Source of the DNA: Devosia sp.
GTDB lineage: Bacteria; Pseudomonadota; Alphaproteobacteria; Rhizobiales; Devosiaceae
Length of the DNA stretch: 52,336 nucleotides
Direction: 5' to 3'
Assembly: GCA_041939225.1 (NCBI GenBank)
Contig: JBGTUK010000001.1
Location: forward strand, 1 to 52,336
Shown: positions 46,870 through 52,336 of the stretch, piece by piece
Position numbering within the stretch: the stretch's first letter is position 1
How the letters are laid out: every line of letters starts with the position of its first letter
Made by a program: the position numbers and the translations under genes
The notes under the pieces: generated by a model
Database searches by the model: none
What the model was told of the DNA's origin: nothing
Seen by the model: the letters and a program-made list of their open reading frames with translations, nothing else

Positions 46870-48170
46870 TGTCCGAGACGCCAAACGCCAGCTCGGCCTA
46901 CCCGCCCAGTTACTACGCGGCATCACGCAATATCATTCGTGAACCAGTGGCTCTGGATGGCTCGGTCGAGGCTGACATCTGCATCGTTGGCGCCGGCTAT
47001 TCTGGCTTGTCGGCGGCCATCAGCCTGGCCGAACGTGGCTTCAAGGTTGTCATGGTGGAGGCCGCCGAAGTTGGCTGGGGCGCCTCTGGCCGCAATGGCG
47101 GCCAAATCGTCAACGGCCTCAACGCCAGCCTCGATACTATTCAGCGCCGCTATGGCCAGGAGACGGCGAATTTCGTCGGCGGCCTGCTGCAGGAGGGCGC
47201 CGGCATCATCTACGATCGCATCGAACGCTACGGCATCAATTGCGATCTCAAGCGCGGCAATATCTACGCCGCCTATACCCCCAAGCACATGGAAGAGCTC
47301 AAGGCCAAGCAGGCGCTCTGGCGCAGCCATGGCATGGATGACCATGAACTGCTCGACAAGTCGCAGATCCGCCAGCATATCGGCTCGGACGTCTATGAAG
47401 GGGGCATGATCGATCACTCGGGTGCTCACATGCACCCGCTCAACCTGGCTCTGGGCGAGGCTGCCGCGCTGGAAAGCCTGGGTGGGGTCATTTTTGAGCG
47501 CTCGCCCGTCACCAAGGTCGAGCAGGATGCTTCGGGAGCGACCGTCTCAACGGCCAAGGGCCAGGTGCGTGCCAAAACCGCGCTGATCTGCGGCAACGCC
47601 TATCTCGGCAATGTCGTGCCTGAGCTGACCGCCCGCGTCATGCCCGTTTCAACCCAGATGATGGCCACGGAAGCCCTCGGCGAAGAGCGCGCCAAGGCTT
47701 TGCTGCCCACCGGAATGTGCGTCGAAGACGTGCGCTATATCCTCGACTATTTCCGTCTTTCCGCCGATCACCGGCTGATTTTTGGCGGCGGGGTCGTCTA
47801 TGGCGGCACCGACCCGGCCGATGTCGAAGCCAAGCTGCGACCCAATATGCTCAAGGTCTTCCCGCAGCTCAAAGAGGTGAAGGTGGACTATGCCTGGAGC
47901 GGCAATTTCGCCCTCTCCTTCTCGCGTGTCCCCCAACTCGGCCGCCTGGGGAAGAACATCTACTTCGCCCACGGCTATTCCGGCCATGGCGTGACCGGCT
48001 CGCACCTCTTCGGGCGCATCCTCTCCGAAGCCGTCCGCGGCGACATGACCCGCTTCGACACCTTTGCCAACCTGCCATGGATCCCGTTTCCCGGCGGCCG
48101 CATGTTCCGCGCGCAATATTCGACGCTTGGCTCATGGTGGTATGCGCTTAAAGACCGCCTCGGCCTCTGA
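46869..48170 (+). CDS. puuB: FAD-dependent oxidoreductase, gamma-glutamylputrescine oxidase PuuB-like
   Basis: YPPSYYAAS; IVGAGYSGL; GWGASGRNGGQ; HPLNLALGEA; GYSGHGV. Confidence 0.85.
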   Translation: MSETPNASSAYPPSYYAASRNIIREPVALDGSVEADICIVGAGYSGLSAAISLAERGFKVVMVEAAEVGWGASGRNGGQIVNGLNASLDTIQRRYGQETANFVGGLLQEGAGIIYDRIERYGINCDLKRGNIYAAYTPKHMEELKAKQALWRSHGMDDHELLDKSQIRQHIGSDVYEGGMIDHSGAHMHPLNLALGEAAALESLGGVIFERSPVTKVEQDASGATVSTAKGQVRAKTALICGNAYLGNVVPELTARVMPVSTQMMATEALGEERAKALLPTGMCVEDVRYILDYFRLSADHRLIFGGGVVYGGTDPADVEAKLRPNMLKVFPQLKEVKVDYAWSGNFALSFSRVPQLGRLGKNIYFAHGYSGHGVTGSHLFGRILSEAVRGDMTRFDTFANLPWIPFPGGRMFRAQYSTLGSWWYALKDRLGL

Positions 48171-48241
48171 GTTGCCTTCGGACGACAGGCCTGCTGATCT
48201 CGACGATGGCCGACATCTGACGCCCCTGGGCTCAAGCGGAG

Positions 48242-49903
48242 TTAGCGATCCGATTCCTGCCAGCGCGGATTAATCCATGGCTGCACCTGCTCCGGCGGCA
48301 GCATGTCCCGTCCCAGAATATGGTCGGACGCCTTTTCGCCCACCATGATCGATGGCGCATTCAGATTGCCATTGGGAATGGTGGGGAAGATCGAGCTGTC
48401 CGCGACCCGCAAGCCGTCAACGCCGATCACCCGGCACTGTTCATCGACCACCGCCTGCCGGTCATCCGCCGCGCCCATCCGGCAGGTGCCACAGGGATGA
48501 TAGGCGCTTTCGGCATGCTCCCGGATGTGGGCGTCCAGCTCATCATCACTCTGCGCCGCGGCGCCGGGCAGGATTTCCGCGCCCCGATAGGCGTCGAAGG
48601 CCGGCTGAGCGAAAATCTCCCGCGTCACCCGGATGCAATGGCGAAAATCCGCCCAGTCCTGTGGATCGGACATGTAGTTGAACAGGATCGACGGCGATTG
48701 CTTGGGATCACCCGACTTGAGGGACACCGCGCCGCGCGAGGCAGAGCGCATCGGTCCCACATGCGCCTGAAAACCGTGCCCCTCGGCCGCAGCCTGTCCG
48801 TCGTAACGCACCGCAATGGGCAGGAAATGGAACTGTATATCCGGGTATTCCACCCCCGCGCGTGAGCGGATGAAGCCGGCGCTTTCGAACTGGTTCGACG
48901 CACCCAGCCCAGATTTGAAGAACAGCCATTGCGCCCCGGCCAGCGCCTTGCCCCACAGATTCCAGTGCTTGTAGAGCGTTATCGGCTGGGTCGATGCCTG
49001 CTGGATGTAGAGTTCTAGATGGTCCTGCAGGTTCTGCCCGACACCCGGCCGGTCAGCCACCACATCGATTCCATGCTCGCTCAGATGCGCGGCTGGGCCG
49101 ATCCCGGAAAGCATGAGCAGCTTGGGCGAGTTGATTGACGACGCCGCAACGATCACCTCGCGATTGGCCCGCACAGTTTCGATCTTGTCGCCCCGTTCGA
49201 TCTCGACACCGACGGCCCGTCCATTCTCGATCACCACGCGACGCGCAAAGCATTTGACCAGTTCAAGATTGGATCGCTTCAAGGCGGGCTTGAGATAGGC
49301 ATTGGCGGTGGACCAGCGCCGGCCGTTCCAGACCGTCTGCTCCATCGGGCCGAAGCCTTCCTGCTTCTCACCATTATAGTCGTCCGTGCGTTCGAACCCG
49401 GCCTGCTCGCCCGCATCGACAAACGCTTTGAAAAGAGGATTGTCTCGCTTTCCGCGCGTCACATGCAGCGGCCCATCGGTGCCGCGCCAGGTCGCGTCAC
49501 CGCCATGGCCACCTTCATGCCAATTCTCCATCCGCTTGAAGTAGGGCAATACGTCGGCAAAGCTCCAGCCCTTTGCGCCGCTCTGCGCCCAGGTGTCGAA
49601 GTCGCGCGCATGCCCGCGCACATAAACCATGCCGTTGATCGAGGACGAGCCGCCGACCACCTTGCCGCGCGGCACCACCAACCGCCGTCCACCCAGATGC
49701 GGCTCGGGCTCGCTTTTGTAGCCCCAATCATACATTGCCATGTTCATCGGATAGCTCAGCGCCGCCGGCATCTGGATCAGCGGTCCGATGTCGCTACCTC
49801 CAAACTCCAGCACGATCACCGAGTGCCGCCCGTTTTCACTCAGGCGCGCGGCCATGGTGGCGCCGGCCGAACCCGAGCCGATGATGACGAAATCTGCTTG
49901 CAT
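48242..49903 (-). CDS. betA: Choline dehydrogenase
   Basis: GSGSAG; [11 protein letters not shown]; [19 protein letters not shown]; ESAYHPCGT; NGNLNAP; downstream of betB. Confidence 0.95.
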   Translation of the reverse strand: MQADFVIIGSGSAGATMAARLSENGRHSVIVLEFGGSDIGPLIQMPAALSYPMNMAMYDWGYKSEPEPHLGGRRLVVPRGKVVGGSSSINGMVYVRGHARDFDTWAQSGAKGWSFADVLPYFKRMENWHEGGHGGDATWRGTDGPLHVTRGKRDNPLFKAFVDAGEQAGFERTDDYNGEKQEGFGPMEQTVWNGRRWSTANAYLKPALKRSNLELVKCFARRVVIENGRAVGVEIERGDKIETVRANREVIVAASSINSPKLLMLSGIGPAAHLSEHGIDVVADRPGVGQNLQDHLELYIQQASTQPITLYKHWNLWGKALAGAQWLFFKSGLGASNQFESAGFIRSRAGVEYPDIQFHFLPIAVRYDGQAAAEGHGFQAHVGPMRSASRGAVSLKSGDPKQSPSILFNYMSDPQDWADFRHCIRVTREIFAQPAFDAYRGAEILPGAAAQSDDELDAHIREHAESAYHPCGTCRMGAADDRQAVVDEQCRVIGVDGLRVADSSIFPTIPNGNLNAPSIMVGEKASDHILGRDMLPPEQVQPWINPRWQESDR

Positions 49904-49945
49904 TGAACTATCCCTGCCACGGCACGCATGCCGCGGCCTTCCAAC

Positions 49946-51414
<1,469 letters not shown>

Positions 51415-51418
<4 letters not shown>

Positions 51419-52336
51419 TCGCCTCGCGGGTAGCGTTGATTGTGTTCAAGGACATTGAGGTCCATGTGATTGCGCATGAAGCGCTCGGAGGCGCGCTGCA
51501 ATGGCTGGAAATCCCAGGGGAAATAGGCGCCATTGCGCAACGCCTCATAGCGATGAGCCGGCGGGCCTGGCTTTCACGCACCGCCGCATCGAATCCGGCA
51601 AGGTCCCATGTCTCCTGCACCTTGGCCGCAAACCGGCCCACCTGGGCCGCATAATCGGCGTCTTGCGCCAGGTTCCGCAGCTCACGCGGGTCGGCATCGA
51701 GGTCGAACAGTTGCGGCGGGTCGAGTTCGCAATGGATATACTTCCATTGCCCCTGACGGATGGCCACCAGCGGCGCCTCGGATCCTTCCGCGGCATATTC
51801 CATCAGCACCGGCGTGGTCCGGGCTTCGCCCCGGGCCAGCGGCACCAGCGTCTCCCCGTCGGTCCAGGGCAGGATTTCACCCAGGTCAATTCCCGCCAGA
51901 TCGGCCAGCGTCGGATTAACGTCCATGGTGCTGACCGGCGTTTCGATCCGTCCGGCAGGCAAATCCGGCGAGGCGATCATCAGCGGCACCCGCGCCGAGC
52001 CCTCGAGAAAGCTCATCTTGAACCACAGGCCGCGCGCGCCCAGCATGTCGCCATGGTCGGAAACAAACACGATGATCGTGTTGTCGACCTGCCCCGTGGC
52101 CTCAAGCGCCCCCATCACCTCCCCGATCTTGTCGTCGACATAGGAGATATTGGCAAAATAGGCCCGGCGTGAACGTCGGATATCGTCCTGGGTGATGTCG
52201 AACGACCCTGCATCGCTCGCCTCAAGCAGTCGGCGCGAATGCGGGTCCTGATCGGCCAGGTCGAAGGCCGGCACCTCTGGATCGAGATGCACGCAATCCT
52301 CATAGAGGTCCCAATATTTCTGTCGCGCAACGTACG
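51415..52336 (-). pseudogene. betC: Choline sulfatase, 5'-truncated by window edge, with a 1-nt frameshift near the 3' end (real lesion or sequencing error)
   Basis: Frame is open from the window end (YVARQKYWDLY...SDHGDMLG.RGLWFKM). The conserved tail YEALRNGAYFPWDFQP...YPRGE* is in another frame after about 51550 and its TGA overlaps the betB ATG. Confidence 0.8.

Overview
High-GC alphaproteobacterial chromosomal window (Devosia-like by protein style; the taxonomy is an inference). It holds about 38 densely packed genes and no rRNA, tRNA, CRISPR or transposase that I can see. Left part: 5'-truncated transketolase/E1-like enzyme, an OppA + ABC ATPase + YejA segment with no permeases, a methyltransferase, tamAB and macAB. 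Middle: YdfG-like SDR, Ldh_2/AllD-like dehydrogenase, an NdmC/NdmD/NdmE-like Rieske N-demethylase trio, fabV, epmB-epmA/efp, EcfG-type stress genes, a CE7 esterase and a degenerate HNH protein. The most notable block is about 29.3-42.2 kb. A nucleoside hydrolase sits divergent from a translationally coupled fgd-cofE-ABC operon, an apparent coenzyme F420 salvage/recharging cassette described mainly from Actinobacteria. It is followed by a Mer-like F420-dependent LLM enzyme, a BMP-type nucleoside ABC importer and a CodA-like deaminase with Cys at the Asp314-equivalent position. The fgd operon and the LLM gene carry the same RutR-like operator (TTGACCAnnCGATCAA), which suggests an F420-dependent reductive pyrimidine catabolic system fed by scavenged cofactor. 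Right part: amidohydrolase, gamma-glutamyl putrescine pathway genes and betC(frameshifted)-betB-betA. All family assignments come from motif recognition; no database search was run.
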